Of a DNA stretch of 64,000 nt, positions 9,090-19,692 are shown in pieces (positions within the stretch are counted from its first letter, which is position 1; the number at the start of each line of letters is the position of its first letter). The stretch covers positions 207,143 to 271,142 of the forward strand of contig JAGWJP010000001.1 in assembly GCA_028865725.1 (NCBI GenBank), in the 5' to 3' direction. The notes under the pieces are model-generated. The model did not search any database, was not told the origin of the DNA, and was given only the letters and a program-made list of their open reading frames with translations. Both the position numbers and the translations under genes were made by a program. Origin of the DNA: Patescibacteria group bacterium (GTDB lineage Bacteria; Patescibacteriota; Minisyncoccia; UBA6257; JACRHW01).

Positions 9090-9866
9090 ATGAGTCGAAC
9101 CGCGAAACAAACCATCATTATTGCGATTTATCTTGCTCTTATCGGGAGCATCGTGTTTGGCGTGTATTGGATTTGGTTTAGGCCTATTCCTTCTTGTTTT
9201 GACCACAAACAGAATCAAAACGAAACGCAAATTGATTGCGGGGGAGTTTGTATGCCGTGTGAACTGAAATATCCTAAACCGCTTGAAGTGGTATTTGCAA
9301 AAAATTTGCCGCGTTCTACCTCCCAAAGCGATGTGTTCGCCGAACTCAAAAATCCCAATCTCACCGTCGGCGCTTCCGAAGTTGATTATCATATTACCTT
9401 GTACGGCCATTTTGATGAAGTGCTTGGCGAGCGGGATGGAACGACGTTTGTGTATCCCGGAACCTCTCATTATGTGTATGAGCCTGCATTTGCAATCGGC
9501 GCGACAAACGTGGGGCGTGTCGACTTTGCTATTACCAATGTCATTTTTGAGCCTCAAGATAAGTTTTATTTTTCAGATCTTCAGGCAACCGGTGTCGCGC
9601 TTGAAAAGAATAATGATGTGGTTCGTCTTACCGGCACGGCGCGCAACGGAAGCGATCTTACGATTGATAATCTTTCTGTGGTCGGTATTCTCTATGACGG
9701 CGATAAGCAGAATGTTCTTGCAGTGTCCTCCACACTTTTAAAGACCGTGTTAAGCAGAGAACAACGTTTCTTTGAGATTTCATTTCCTTCCTCATTGCTT
9801 CAGTTTGTTCCTCTGACAGGAAAAGAACCTTTTGATATCGAGCTGTCCGCACCACCTCTCCAATAG
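9090..9866 (+). CDS. hypothetical membrane-anchored protein
   Basis: 258 aa with an N-terminal transmembrane helix (IIIAIYLALIGSIVFGVYWIWF) followed by a soluble domain. Confidence 0.5.
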   Translation: MSRTAKQTIIIAIYLALIGSIVFGVYWIWFRPIPSCFDHKQNQNETQIDCGGVCMPCELKYPKPLEVVFAKNLPRSTSQSDVFAELKNPNLTVGASEVDYHITLYGHFDEVLGERDGTTFVYPGTSHYVYEPAFAIGATNVGRVDFAITNVIFEPQDKFYFSDLQATGVALEKNNDVVRLTGTARNGSDLTIDNLSVVGILYDGDKQNVLAVSSTLLKTVLSREQRFFEISFPSSLLQFVPLTGKEPFDIELSAPPLQ

Positions 9867-9879
9867 TAAACTTCCACAT

Positions 9880-9990
9880 TTGACGTATTGCTTTGTCAGA
9901 AGCTTCGTTTCTTGCTCGATGTACGGTAGTGAGTACACCTCGCAAGAGTACTCGCTTCCTTCGCGCACTGCATTCAAATGTGAAAGTTTT
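9880..9990 (+). repeat. dispersed structured repeat, copy B
   Basis: TTGCTTTGTCAGAAGCTTCGTTTCTTGCTC-[hairpin]-CTCGCAAGAGTACTCGCTTCCTTCGCGCACTGCATTCAAAT. Same orientation as the upstream gene. Confidence 0.6.
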
Positions 9991-10237
9991 TTGTTCGTAG
10001 ATTAATGTTGAGAGGTCGAGAAGTATTGTTTGCGCGGTTGCCTGGGGCTCAGGTGTTTCCTCGAACTGCATCCCTCACCTTTAAACAAAGGGGAGGGATG
10101 CATCCGAATACGTGGATTTATAAATTCAAAATCTATGTAAGGTTGTGTTATGTAAGTGCCCCATATCCTTTAAGTGAGATGGGCTGTTTTTACAAAATAC
10201 GAGATTTTTTATACTATATCATACACAATACTCATTT

Positions 10238-11329
10238 ATGGTGGCTGCACTCAAAAAAATTGATTGGTGGCTTATGGCGGGAGTGGGTTATCTAGCTCTC
10301 GTAAGCCTTCTTGTGATCCGCGGACTTCCTGGTACGGATGCGGTATCTTATTTTTGGCGACAGCTTACGTGGTGCAGCATTGGGCTTATCTGTGTGATGA
10401 TATTCGTGATTGCTGATTGGAGAAAGATATTTGAAAGCCAACTTGTGATTGTTGTGTTTTATTTGTGTTCTCTTTTTTTACTTCTAGGAGTATTATTGGT
10501 AGGGAATCGTATACGAGGCGCATCGTCGTGGTTTGAGCTTGGTAGTTTTAATTTTCAGCCTTCTGAGTTTGCGAAGTTGGCGCTTATGTTTTTTTTAGCG
10601 CGTTACTTTTCTCGGCGTCATTCCGATATTTGGTCGGTGCGCTATCTCGTCGTTCCCGCACTCTATACAACAGGACTTGCAATCCCCACCTTTTTACAGC
10701 CCGCGCTCGGCTCCGCACTTGTTATTTTATTTATGTTTTTTTCGTTGATCGTGCTGTTGGGACTTCGTGTTCGGCACATTCTCTTTGGATTGTTCATAGC
10801 CTTTTTTTTTGCGGGTATCGCATGGGTGATGCTTTTAAAGCCCTATCAAAAGGAGCGTATACTTAATTTTGTAAATCCAGGACGAGATCCTCTTGGGTCT
10901 GGATATCACGCATTACAAGCAAAGATTGCTGTGGGGTCTGGTGGTTTCTGGGGAAGAGGATTGGGTCAGGGAACAGAAACGCAGTTGCAGCTTTTACCCG
11001 AGACACGAACTGACTTTATTTTTTCGGCATATGCAGAAGAGTTTGGGCTTGCCGGTGTTTTGTTGCTTCTTGCTGCGTTTGGGGTTATGTTTGGTCGCCT
11101 TACTTTTATTGCGGCGCGTACGCGTTCTAATTTTTCTACTATTTTTGTTCTTTTGTTTTTACTGAAGATATATATTGAAGTGACTATTAATATAGGGGGA
11201 AATATAGGTTTGCTTCCCATTACCGGAATTGCGCTTCCTTTTGTAAGTTATGGAGGATCCAGCTTGCTTGTAAATTATATTGGACTTGGTATCGTACAAG
11301 GCATATATGTGCGATCTCGCTCTGTCTAA
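10238..11329 (+). CDS. SEDS-family peptidoglycan glycosyltransferase (FtsW/RodA/SpoVE)
   Basis: Ten transmembrane segments and the SEDS signature ...GSGYHALQAKIAVGSGGFWGRGLGQGTETQLQLLPETRTDFIFSAYAEEFGLAGV... Confidence 0.85.
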   Translation: MVAALKKIDWWLMAGVGYLALVSLLVIRGLPGTDAVSYFWRQLTWCSIGLICVMIFVIADWRKIFESQLVIVVFYLCSLFLLLGVLLVGNRIRGASSWFELGSFNFQPSEFAKLALMFFLARYFSRRHSDIWSVRYLVVPALYTTGLAIPTFLQPALGSALVILFMFFSLIVLLGLRVRHILFGLFIAFFFAGIAWVMLLKPYQKERILNFVNPGRDPLGSGYHALQAKIAVGSGGFWGRGLGQGTETQLQLLPETRTDFIFSAYAEEFGLAGVLLLLAAFGVMFGRLTFIAARTRSNFSTIFVLLFLLKIYIEVTINIGGNIGLLPITGIALPFVSYGGSSLLVNYIGLGIVQGIYVRSRSV

Positions 11330-11346
11330 AGGAACACCGTAGATAT

Positions 11347-12363
11347 ATGCGTATTTATTTTTCCTCCATTTTTCGCGTCCTCATATTGCGTATCGCTCTC
11401 GTTTCACTTGGTATTATAGCCAGTTTATATTGTTTTCTCCCCACGTATGCACACACCGCTGTACCTATTGAAGTGAAACAGGGAGATTCATTGCATGCAG
11501 TCGGTATTATGCTTTATGATCACGGACTTATTCGTTCTGTTCCATTTTTTATTTTTTATGCGGCGATTACCAGGAGAGAAACAATGATAAAGCCGGGGAT
11601 ATATACGTTCTCTGGATTTACGACGCCGGAGGAGATTCTTTCTCACATGTCGAGCGTGCAAGGCGCAGTGAAAATCACGATCCACGAAGGTGCTACCGTA
11701 CGCGATGTGGATACTCTCCTTGCTGACAATGCGATTATTGAGCGCGGTTCTTTGATTGCATTTATGCCTCGTGGCACATTGCGCGATCACCTCCGTTCTT
11801 ACGGGTTTTCTTCATTTACTTCTTCGTATGAACTCGAAGGGTTTTTGTTTCCCGATACCTATTGGTTTCAAAAAAATGAAGGAGTAGACGCGGTCGTTGA
11901 AACTATGGTCGATAATTTTGACACAAAAGCTGGTCCTCTGCTTCAGCCCTTATCTCCTCCGGAACGTTTCCGCATGCTTATTGTCGCCTCACTTATTGAA
12001 AAAGAAGTGGCAAACGTATATGATAGAAGTATCGTGAGCGGTATTATATGGAAACGCCTTTCGACCGGTGTCCCGCTACAAATTGATGCATCGGTACATT
12101 ACGGTGTGTGTGTCACATCTACTCAGTGTCCACGCGCACTCCGCCACTCTGATTTGTTAATTGATACCCCATTTAACGGGTATCTCCATAAAGGGTTGCC
12201 GCCTACTCCTATTGCAAACAGTGGCATATCCGCATTGTACGCCGCACTTCACCCACAGCAAAGTCCGTACTGGTACTATCTTTCGGCTCCTGACGGAACA
12301 ACCTTTTTTTCAAAAACACTTGAAGAACACAGCACACTTCGTGCTCGATATCTCTCTTTATAA
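11347..12363 (+). CDS. mltG: endolytic murein transglycosylase MltG (YceG-like)
   Basis: N-terminal transmembrane segment and a YceG fold: PGIYTF...EGATVRDVDTLL...ASLIEKEV (catalytic-Glu region)...DTPFNGY...LPPTPIAN. Confidence 0.75.
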   Translation: MRIYFSSIFRVLILRIALVSLGIIASLYCFLPTYAHTAVPIEVKQGDSLHAVGIMLYDHGLIRSVPFFIFYAAITRRETMIKPGIYTFSGFTTPEEILSHMSSVQGAVKITIHEGATVRDVDTLLADNAIIERGSLIAFMPRGTLRDHLRSYGFSSFTSSYELEGFLFPDTYWFQKNEGVDAVVETMVDNFDTKAGPLLQPLSPPERFRMLIVASLIEKEVANVYDRSIVSGIIWKRLSTGVPLQIDASVHYGVCVTSTQCPRALRHSDLLIDTPFNGYLHKGLPPTPIANSGISALYAALHPQQSPYWYYLSAPDGTTFFSKTLEEHSTLRARYLSL

Positions 12364-12431
12364 GCTATGGAAGCGATATGGATAAGGAAGTATCCTGCAT
12401 TTAGGGGATTTTGATGGGTACATGAAAAGAC

Positions 12432-12459
12432 TTGACTTTTTGTGTAAAGGATATATAAT
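12432..12459 (+). promoter_or_regulatory. consensus sigma70 promoter upstream of rpoB
   Basis: TTGACT at 12432-37 and TATAAT at 12454-59 with a 16-nt spacer. It lies ~215 nt upstream of the rpoB ATG, giving a long leader. Confidence 0.45.
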
Positions 12460-12674
12460 TAAATTCACTGCCTTAAAAAGCCTTCATACAAGTCCATAGG
12501 TGATTTTGTTTTTTCTTTTTTTGGCAATTGTCAAGTTTTTCTCTCTATGAGTTGCCTATACATTGATTTACAATGATTGCTTTTTTACGTAGAGACAGAG
12601 AGGAATGAGATACGTTTTTAATCTTGGTTTACGCGTGGCACGTATTGTTATCCATTAATTAAACATCATCCCCA

Positions 12675-15600
12675 ATGTTTACTAAAACAAAGCTTTTCTC
12701 TCATTTCCAGAGAAGTCCTCTCGCGATTCCCAATCTTATCGAGGTTCAAAGAAACTCCTTTGATTGGTTTATCAAGGAAGGACTTCAAGAGCTTTTTGAT
12801 GAAATTTCTCCTGTCAAAGATTATACCGGTAAAGACCTTGAGCTCTCTGTGGTCGGGTATTATTTTGATGAACCAAAATTTTCTGAGGAAGAAACGCGCG
12901 AGCGTGATTTGTCGTTTGAGGCGCCTCTTCGGGTTAAGATGCGCCTTTTGAATAAACGTACAAAAGAAATCAAGGAGCAGGAGGTTTATTTTGGGGATAT
13001 CCCCATGATGACTGATCGCGGCACCTTTATCATTCATGGGGTAGAACGTGTGGTGGTGTCTCAACTGATTCGTTCAAGCGGTATTTATTTTAATACAAAA
13101 GTATTTCGCGGTGAAAAGTTGTTCGGTGCAAAAATTATTCCGAGTCGCGGTGTGTGGATCGAATTTGAGACAGATCCAGACCACAGTCTGATAATTAAGA
13201 TTGATCGCAAGCGCAAGATTGCCGCATCAGCACTTTTGCGTATTTTCGGATTAGAATCGAACGAGGCGATTGAAGCCGCATTCAAAGGGGTCATTGATGA
13301 AAAGGATATTATCAAAAAAACACTTGCCAAAGATCCTTCTCAAAATAAAGTGGATGCCTACGTTGAGATCTATAAGCGTGTACGCCCGGGAGATTTGGCG
13401 ACGCCTGAAAATGCTCAAGCATTCGTTGATGCCTTATTTTTCCGTAACGACCGGTATGATCTTTCGCCCGCGGGACGTTTTAAGATGAACAGCCGTTTGC
13501 GTATAAAAGGAGATGACAAATTATTGACTCAGGGAGATTTGATCGCCATTCTCAAAGAAATTATCCGTTTGAATAATGATTCGGAAGCCGATCAGGATGA
13601 TATTGATCATCTTGGAAATCGCCGCGTTAAAGGCGTGGGGGAATTGCTGCAGAGCAGAATGCGCGTTGGGTTTGCGCGTATGCGCAGAGTTATCCAAGAT
13701 AAGATGTCAACAAACGATATCTATCTGGTTACACCAACCCAACTTGTCGTTCCACGACAATTAATGGCGGTTGTTAAAGAGTTTTTCTCTTCCTCGCAGC
13801 TCTCACAGTTTATGGATCAGGTGAATCCATTAGCCGAGATTGAACACAAGCGAAGAATTTCTTCCATGGGCCCCGGCGGTCTTACTCGTGAACGAGCGGG
13901 CTTTGAAGTGCGTGATGTGCACACGAGTCATTATGGTCGCTTGTGTCCTGTGCAAACGCCGGAAGGAGCAAACGTAGGTCTTATTAACTATCTCGCTACC
14001 TATGCGCGTGTGCGAGAATTTGGTTTTATTGAAACGCCATATTTAAAAGTAGAAAAAGGTGTCGTGACCAAGGAGGTGGTCTGGTTAAATGCGTATGAGG
14101 AAGAGCATCATGTGATTGCACACGGAGGAGTTCCCTACGATGAGCATGGAAAAATCATAGATAAAAAAGTAACGGCGCGTACCAAGGGACAGCCGGCTTT
14201 ATGTATGCGTGACGATGTGGAATATATGGATATTGCCTCGAATCAACCATTTAGCGTGGCTGCATCTATGATTCCATTTTTTGAACATGATGACGCCAAC
14301 CGTACCTTGATGGGCGCCAATATGCAACGCCAAGCGGTTGTATACGTAAGACCTGAGGCCCCATTGGTGGGAACTGGAATCGAAGAAAAAGTAGCAGAAG
14401 ATTCCGGGTATCTTATTAAAGCTCCTTATGATGGAGAGATCATGGAAGTGGATGCGAATCATCTCGTTTTCAAGGCGGAAGGAAAGAAAGATCCCATATT
14501 GTATAAGATTCATCACTTTCGACGCTCGAACCAATTTACGTCTCTCAGCCAGCGTCCTGTGGTAAAGCGTGGAGATAAGGTAAAAAAAGGACAGGTGTTA
14601 GTCGATGGGCCTGGCATGCAGAATGGCGTGTTGGGTTTGGGGCAAAATCTTCTTGTCGCATTCATGACATGGGGAGGTGGTAATTATGAAGATGCCATTC
14701 TTCTCTCAGAGCGCGTGGTGCAGGCGGATCGTTTTAGTTCCATTCATATTGAAGAATTTGATGCAGATGTGCGAGAAACCAAACTGGGTCCTGAAATTAC
14801 TACCCCGGATATTCCTAATGTTTCAGAAGATAAATTGAGAAATCTTGATGAAGAAGGAATTATTCGTGTGGGTGCCGAAGTGAGTGCGGGCGATATCCTT
14901 GTGGGGAAAGTTTCTCCAAAAGGAGAGACAGATTTAACCGCAGAGGAACGATTGTTGCGCGCCATTTTTGGAGAAAAATCTCGTGATGTAAAAGATACCT
15001 CTCTTACGTTACCGCACGGCAAACGAGGGAGAATCGTCGGGGTTCGCATTTTTTCGCGCGAACGCGGCGATAAACTGGAGCCTGGTATTATCAAGCGTAT
15101 CCGCGTCGAAGTGGCAGTATTTCGTAGGGTTATGGCAGGAGATAAGCTTGCGGGTCGCCATGGAAACAAAGGGGTTATCTCTCGTATCGTTCCCGTTGAA
15201 GACATGCCATACCTTGCGGATGGAACCCCTGTGGATATTATCTTAAATCCTCTTGGTGTTGCGTCGCGTATGAACATTGGACAGATTTTAGAGACACATC
15301 TTGGTTGGGCTGCGCAGAAAAATGGCTACCGTGCCATCGTGCCTATTTTTAGCGGCACCACAGAGGATGACATTCGTGAAGAGCTGAAGAAGGCTGGTCT
15401 CCCTGAGGGGGGAAAGATAGAGTTGCATGATGGAAAATCGGGAAAACGTTTTGATCACAAAGTAACTGTCGGATACATCTATATGTTGAAATTGGATCAT
15501 TTGGTAGAGGACAAATTACATATGCGTTCCATTGGTCCTTATTCGCTTATCACTCAACAACCATTGGGAGGAAAGGCACAGCATGGAGGCCAGCGTTTCG

Positions 15601-15887
15601 GGGAAATGGAGGTGTGGGCACTTGAGGGGTACGGTACCGCTCATACGTTGCAAGAAATGATTACGCTGAAATCCGACGACGTATTGGGCCGTTCCGCTAC
15701 CTATGAATCTATTATCTATGGAGAAGACATTAAAACGGCAAATATCCCCGCATCGTTTAATGTGCTTACCAGCGAATTAAAAGGGTTGGGGTTTGAGGTC
15801 GATCTTTTAAGTGCTGAGGAAGTTGAAACAGGGGAAAACAGGATGGGATCGTCTCCGTCATCAGCACGTACATCAAAGAGAAAATAA
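12675..15887 (+). CDS. rpoB: DNA-directed RNA polymerase subunit beta
   Basis: 1070 aa with all beta-subunit conserved blocks, including ...GNRRVKGVGELLQ..., ...NMQRQAVP-like..., and HGNKGVISRIVPVEDMPY. Confidence 0.97.
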   Translation: MFTKTKLFSHFQRSPLAIPNLIEVQRNSFDWFIKEGLQELFDEISPVKDYTGKDLELSVVGYYFDEPKFSEEETRERDLSFEAPLRVKMRLLNKRTKEIKEQEVYFGDIPMMTDRGTFIIHGVERVVVSQLIRSSGIYFNTKVFRGEKLFGAKIIPSRGVWIEFETDPDHSLIIKIDRKRKIAASALLRIFGLESNEAIEAAFKGVIDEKDIIKKTLAKDPSQNKVDAYVEIYKRVRPGDLATPENAQAFVDALFFRNDRYDLSPAGRFKMNSRLRIKGDDKLLTQGDLIAILKEIIRLNNDSEADQDDIDHLGNRRVKGVGELLQSRMRVGFARMRRVIQDKMSTNDIYLVTPTQLVVPRQLMAVVKEFFSSSQLSQFMDQVNPLAEIEHKRRISSMGPGGLTRERAGFEVRDVHTSHYGRLCPVQTPEGANVGLINYLATYARVREFGFIETPYLKVEKGVVTKEVVWLNAYEEEHHVIAHGGVPYDEHGKIIDKKVTARTKGQPALCMRDDVEYMDIASNQPFSVAASMIPFFEHDDANRTLMGANMQRQAVVYVRPEAPLVGTGIEEKVAEDSGYLIKAPYDGEIMEVDANHLVFKAEGKKDPILYKIHHFRRSNQFTSLSQRPVVKRGDKVKKGQVLVDGPGMQNGVLGLGQNLLVAFMTWGGGNYEDAILLSERVVQADRFSSIHIEEFDADVRETKLGPEITTPDIPNVSEDKLRNLDEEGIIRVGAEVSAGDILVGKVSPKGETDLTAEERLLRAIFGEKSRDVKDTSLTLPHGKRGRIVGVRIFSRERGDKLEPGIIKRIRVEVAVFRRVMAGDKLAGRHGNKGVISRIVPVEDMPYLADGTPVDIILNPLGVASRMNIGQILETHLGWAAQKNGYRAIVPIFSGTTEDDIREELKKAGLPEGGKIELHDGKSGKRFDHKVTVGYIYMLKLDHLVEDKLHMRSIGPYSLITQQPLGGKAQHGGQRFGEMEVWALEGYGTAHTLQEMITLKSDDVLGRSATYESIIYGEDIKTANIPASFNVLTSELKGLGFEVDLLSAEEVETGENRMGSSPSSARTSKRK

Positions 15888-15910
15888 CGCAATTAAATTA
15901 TACGTTTTTT

Positions 15911-18900
15911 ATGATTCGAGATTTTGATGCCTTACGTTTAAAAATCGCCTCTCCCGAAGAAATGCTTTCTTGGTCGCATGGCGAAGTTTTGAAGCCTGAG
16001 ACTATTAATTATCGCACTCAACGTCCCGAAAAAGATGGGTTGTTTTCCGAGCGCATTTTCGGACCTACCAAAGACTGGGAGTGTTATTGTGGTAAATATC
16101 GCCGCATTCGTTATAAGGGGGTAGTGTGTGATAAGTGTGGCGTGGAAGTAACGCGTTCCATTGTGCGACGAGAACGTTTTGGTCATATCGCGCTTGCGAC
16201 CCCTATTGCACATATCTGGTTTTTGCGCAGCATTCCTTCCCGCCTTGCGCTTTTACTTGGCGTTCCGAGCCAGAAAATTGAAAAAGTAATTTATTATTCA
16301 AGCTATATTATTACTAAAGTAGACGAGCCTGCACGCAAGAGAGTGCTTGATGAGGTGAATCGTGAATTTGAAAATAAATTTAAGAAGGCAACCTCGAAAG
16401 AAAAATCCCAGCTTGAAGAGTTAAAAAAGGAAACAATGGATGAACTTGCGCGACTTCAAGTAATGAATGTGGTGACTGAGATTGATTATTTTACGCTAAG
16501 TCGAAAATATGGAGAGGTGTTTGAGGCGAGCATTGGCGCTGAGGCAATTCGCAATATTCTTGAACATATTGATCTTCATGCTATGCGTGCAGAACTGGAA
16601 GCAGGTCTGCAAGGGAACAAAGAATTAGATAAAAAAGTGTTGCAACGTTTGCGTCTCGTAAAAAATCTCATCCAATCCAATCAGCGTCCCGAGTGGATGA
16701 TTCTTACCGTTCTTCCCGTAATCCCTCCTGATTTGCGTCCTATGGTGGCACTTGACGGCGGACGTTATGCATCTTCTGATCTCAACGATCTTTACCGGCG
16801 CGTCATTAATAGAAATAATCGCTTGAAAAAGCTCAAAGAGCTGAAAGCGCCGGAGGTGATTATTCGCAACGAAAAGCGCATGCTCCAAGAAGCGGTGGAT
16901 GCATTAATCGATAATAGTATTCGTGTGGGAGGACAACAACAAACGAATGCGCAGAAGCGTCCATTAAAGTCCTTGGCGGATATGCTCAAAGGAAAAGGAG
17001 GGCGTTTTAGACAAAACTTGCTTGGAAAACGCGTGGATTATTCGGGGCGCTCTGTAATTGCGGTCGGTCCCGACTTGAAATTAAACGAGTGCGGACTTCC
17101 GAAAAAGATGGCGTTGGAATTATTCAAGCCTTTTGTGATTCATGAACTCTTAGATTCTGGGATTGCAAACACGATCAAGCGTGCCAACCGTCTTATTGAA
17201 GAAGCACCACCTGAGGTATGGGGTATTTTGGAGGAGGTGATTAAGGGACGCTATGTGCTCTTGAATCGTGCTCCCACTCTTCATCGATTAGGAATTCAAG
17301 CGTTTCATCCGCTTCTTATTGAAGATCTTTGCATCCGCATTCCACCTATGGTGTGCTCTGCGTTTAACGCAGATTTTGACGGCGACCAGATGGCAGTCCA
17401 CTTGCCATTAACTGAGGATGCCCAAAAGGAAGTAGAAATGTATATGGATGCAAAGAAGAATGTGTTAAAACCCGCGACCGGAGAGCCCATCACATTGCCT
17501 ACTCAGGATATGGTGCTTGGATGTTATTATCTTACGCGTACGCAAAGTTCTGTAGAAAAAAAATCCGATCGTGTGCGTGCATTTAGTTCCGTTGATGAGG
17601 CGCTGCTTGCCTATGAACATGAAATTATCTCCCTTCATGATCCAATTTTAGTATTGCATCCGAAACACGAAAATGGGAAAAAACCGTTTGAGACGACCGT
17701 GGGACGATTGATCATGAACAATATTCTTCCCGATGATTACGAATTTGTGAATCACATATTGACCAAGGGGGAGTTAAAAAAACTAGTGACTGATTTGCAA
17801 AAACATTACGACAACGACATCTTTACCGACCTTCTTGATAAAATAAAATTCTTAGGATTCGAATATTCAACGCGTTCTGGCATTAGTTGGTCGATGTCCG
17901 ATTTGTTGGCACCAAAGGAAAAAGCGGAAATCGTGGCGAAGGCGGATGCAGAAACAGAAAAAATCTGGGAACAATATCAGGAAGGTTTGTTGAGCACTGA
18001 AGAACGTCGCGTACGTTCTGTGCTTGTGTGGCAAAAAGCAAAGGCGGAACTTTCCAAAATGGTACCGGCTTCATTTACGCCTGAGAACTCGATCTTTATG
18101 ATTATCGATTCCGGCGCTCGCGCCACGTGGGCCCCTGTGGAACAAATGACTGCGATGAAGGGACTTGTGGCCAATCCACGCAATGAAACTATTGAACTGC
18201 CTATCAAATCATCGTTTAAGGAAGGCTTGAATCTTCTTGAGTATTTCATTTCCACCCACGGTGCGAGAAAGGGTACTACTGATACAGCATTGAAGACAGC
18301 TTCTGCGGGCTACCTTACGCGCCGATTAGTTGATGTGGGACAATCCACCTTTATTTCAGAAGAAGATTGTGGCACTGAGAATGGTATTACCGTGGAGCGT
18401 AAGGTTGGTGAAGCGTTTCACCACTGGCTTAAGGATCGCATTTTTTCTCGCACTCTTCTTGAGGATGTGAAAGTGGGCCACAAGATTATTGCAAAAGCAG
18501 GAAATGTGGTGACCCTTGATATGGCACAAGCGATTGAGGAGAGTGGGGTAGAATCGGTACGCATACGATCATTGTTGACCTGTAAATCTCTATTCGGTAT
18601 CTGTCAGACATGCTATGGGTATGATTTGGGATATAATAAGCCAGTCGAATTAGGAACTGCCGCAGGAGTCATCGCGGCACAGTCTATTGGCGAACCTGGA
18701 ACACAGCTCACGATGAGAACATTTCATATCGGAGGTGTCGCGGGGCTTGATATTACGCATGGGTTGCCCCGTGTGGAGGAATTGTTTGAAGCACGTGCCA
18801 TTAAGAATAGCGCAGTCATTGCAGAATCCGAAGGATGGGTTGAGGCGATCGAAGAACAAGTAAACGGCGATGTAGTGATTCGCATCGTACAGGAAGGCAA

Positions 18901-19522
18901 GAAAAAACAACGTAAGGAATATTCCATTCCGCACGGCATCGGTATTGAAGTCGTAGAAGGGCAGGAGGTAAAGCCCGGGACTCAGCTTACTGAAGGTCAT
19001 GTGGATATCCATGATCTCTACAAAGTCGCAGGAAAGGAGGCCGTCTGGCACTATATTATTCAGGAAATCCAGAAGGTATACTTATCGGAGGGAGCAAAGA
19101 TTCATGATAAGCATATCGAGATGGTGGTGCGCCAGATGTTTAGCCGCGTGCGCATTGTGGATCCCGGCGATTCGCTTTTCTCTATAGGAGAGGTCGTGGA
19201 ACGTCCGGTGTTTATTGCACGAAATCGTGATCTTGTATCAAAGAAAAAAAATCCGGCACACGGGAGAGAGTTGCTTTTGGGTATCAAAAATATTGCATCG
19301 AGCAGTTACTCATTTCTTTCTGCGGCGTCATTCCAGGAGACAACGAAGGCTTTGGTGTCTGCCGCGGTAGAAGGGCGTATTGATCAGCTTCGCGGACTCA
19401 AAGAGAATGTCATTATCGGACGCCTTATTCCCGCAGGTACTGGATATCGCAAAGAAGGAGATGAGGAAGAACCTCTCTATACCCGTTCTGACGAGACATC
19501 TCAAGAAACCGCTATTTCTTAG
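15911..19522 (+). CDS. rpoC: DNA-directed RNA polymerase subunit beta'
   Basis: 1203 aa with a zinc-finger [21 protein letters not shown], the [12 protein letters not shown] catalytic motif, and trigger loop/bridge helix blocks. Confidence 0.97.
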   Translation: MIRDFDALRLKIASPEEMLSWSHGEVLKPETINYRTQRPEKDGLFSERIFGPTKDWECYCGKYRRIRYKGVVCDKCGVEVTRSIVRRERFGHIALATPIAHIWFLRSIPSRLALLLGVPSQKIEKVIYYSSYIITKVDEPARKRVLDEVNREFENKFKKATSKEKSQLEELKKETMDELARLQVMNVVTEIDYFTLSRKYGEVFEASIGAEAIRNILEHIDLHAMRAELEAGLQGNKELDKKVLQRLRLVKNLIQSNQRPEWMILTVLPVIPPDLRPMVALDGGRYASSDLNDLYRRVINRNNRLKKLKELKAPEVIIRNEKRMLQEAVDALIDNSIRVGGQQQTNAQKRPLKSLADMLKGKGGRFRQNLLGKRVDYSGRSVIAVGPDLKLNECGLPKKMALELFKPFVIHELLDSGIANTIKRANRLIEEAPPEVWGILEEVIKGRYVLLNRAPTLHRLGIQAFHPLLIEDLCIRIPPMVCSAFNADFDGDQMAVHLPLTEDAQKEVEMYMDAKKNVLKPATGEPITLPTQDMVLGCYYLTRTQSSVEKKSDRVRAFSSVDEALLAYEHEIISLHDPILVLHPKHENGKKPFETTVGRLIMNNILPDDYEFVNHILTKGELKKLVTDLQKHYDNDIFTDLLDKIKFLGFEYSTRSGISWSMSDLLAPKEKAEIVAKADAETEKIWEQYQEGLLSTEERRVRSVLVWQKAKAELSKMVPASFTPENSIFMIIDSGARATWAPVEQMTAMKGLVANPRNETIELPIKSSFKEGLNLLEYFISTHGARKGTTDTALKTASAGYLTRRLVDVGQSTFISEEDCGTENGITVERKVGEAFHHWLKDRIFSRTLLEDVKVGHKIIAKAGNVVTLDMAQAIEESGVESVRIRSLLTCKSLFGICQTCYGYDLGYNKPVELGTAAGVIAAQSIGEPGTQLTMRTFHIGGVAGLDITHGLPRVEELFEARAIKNSAVIAESEGWVEAIEEQVNGDVVIRIVQEGKKKQRKEYSIPHGIGIEVVEGQEVKPGTQLTEGHVDIHDLYKVAGKEAVWHYIIQEIQKVYLSEGAKIHDKHIEMVVRQMFSRVRIVDPGDSLFSIGEVVERPVFIARNRDLVSKKKNPAHGRELLLGIKNIASSSYSFLSAASFQETTKALVSAAVEGRIDQLRGLKENVIIGRLIPAGTGYRKEGDEEEPLYTRSDETSQETAIS

Positions 19523-19542
19523 AAAGAGGATTTTAGAAACAA

Positions 19543-19582
19543 AAACGCATAGCTTCTTATCAGCGAAGCTATGCGTTTTTTG
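19543..19582 (+). terminator. rho-independent terminator after rpoC
   Basis: AACGCATAGCTTC-TTATCAGC-GAAGCTATGCGTT followed by TTTTT. Confidence 0.65.
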
Positions 19583-19692
19583 TGTTCACCCTATCGTTTT
19601 CGAGCGTAAAACACGTTCTTTTGCTTATTATGTATGAGTATGATACTATGCATTAGATCTTTGGAACCTAAAAAAGAAGGAGGGTCTTTAGA

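Noticed and set aside
8421-9557. 378-aa minus-strand ORF spanning two plus-strand genes and their intergenic terminator
   Set aside because: It is antisense to two well-formed genes that have ribosome-binding sites and terminators. Its product is low-complexity (K/R/F/I-rich) and has no domain. This is a typical AT-rich antisense artefact.
14744-15277. 177-aa minus-strand ORF and other antisense ORFs inside rpoB/rpoC/ftsK/valS/ftsH
   Set aside because: They are antisense to high-confidence conserved genes, with no ribosome-binding site or domain.
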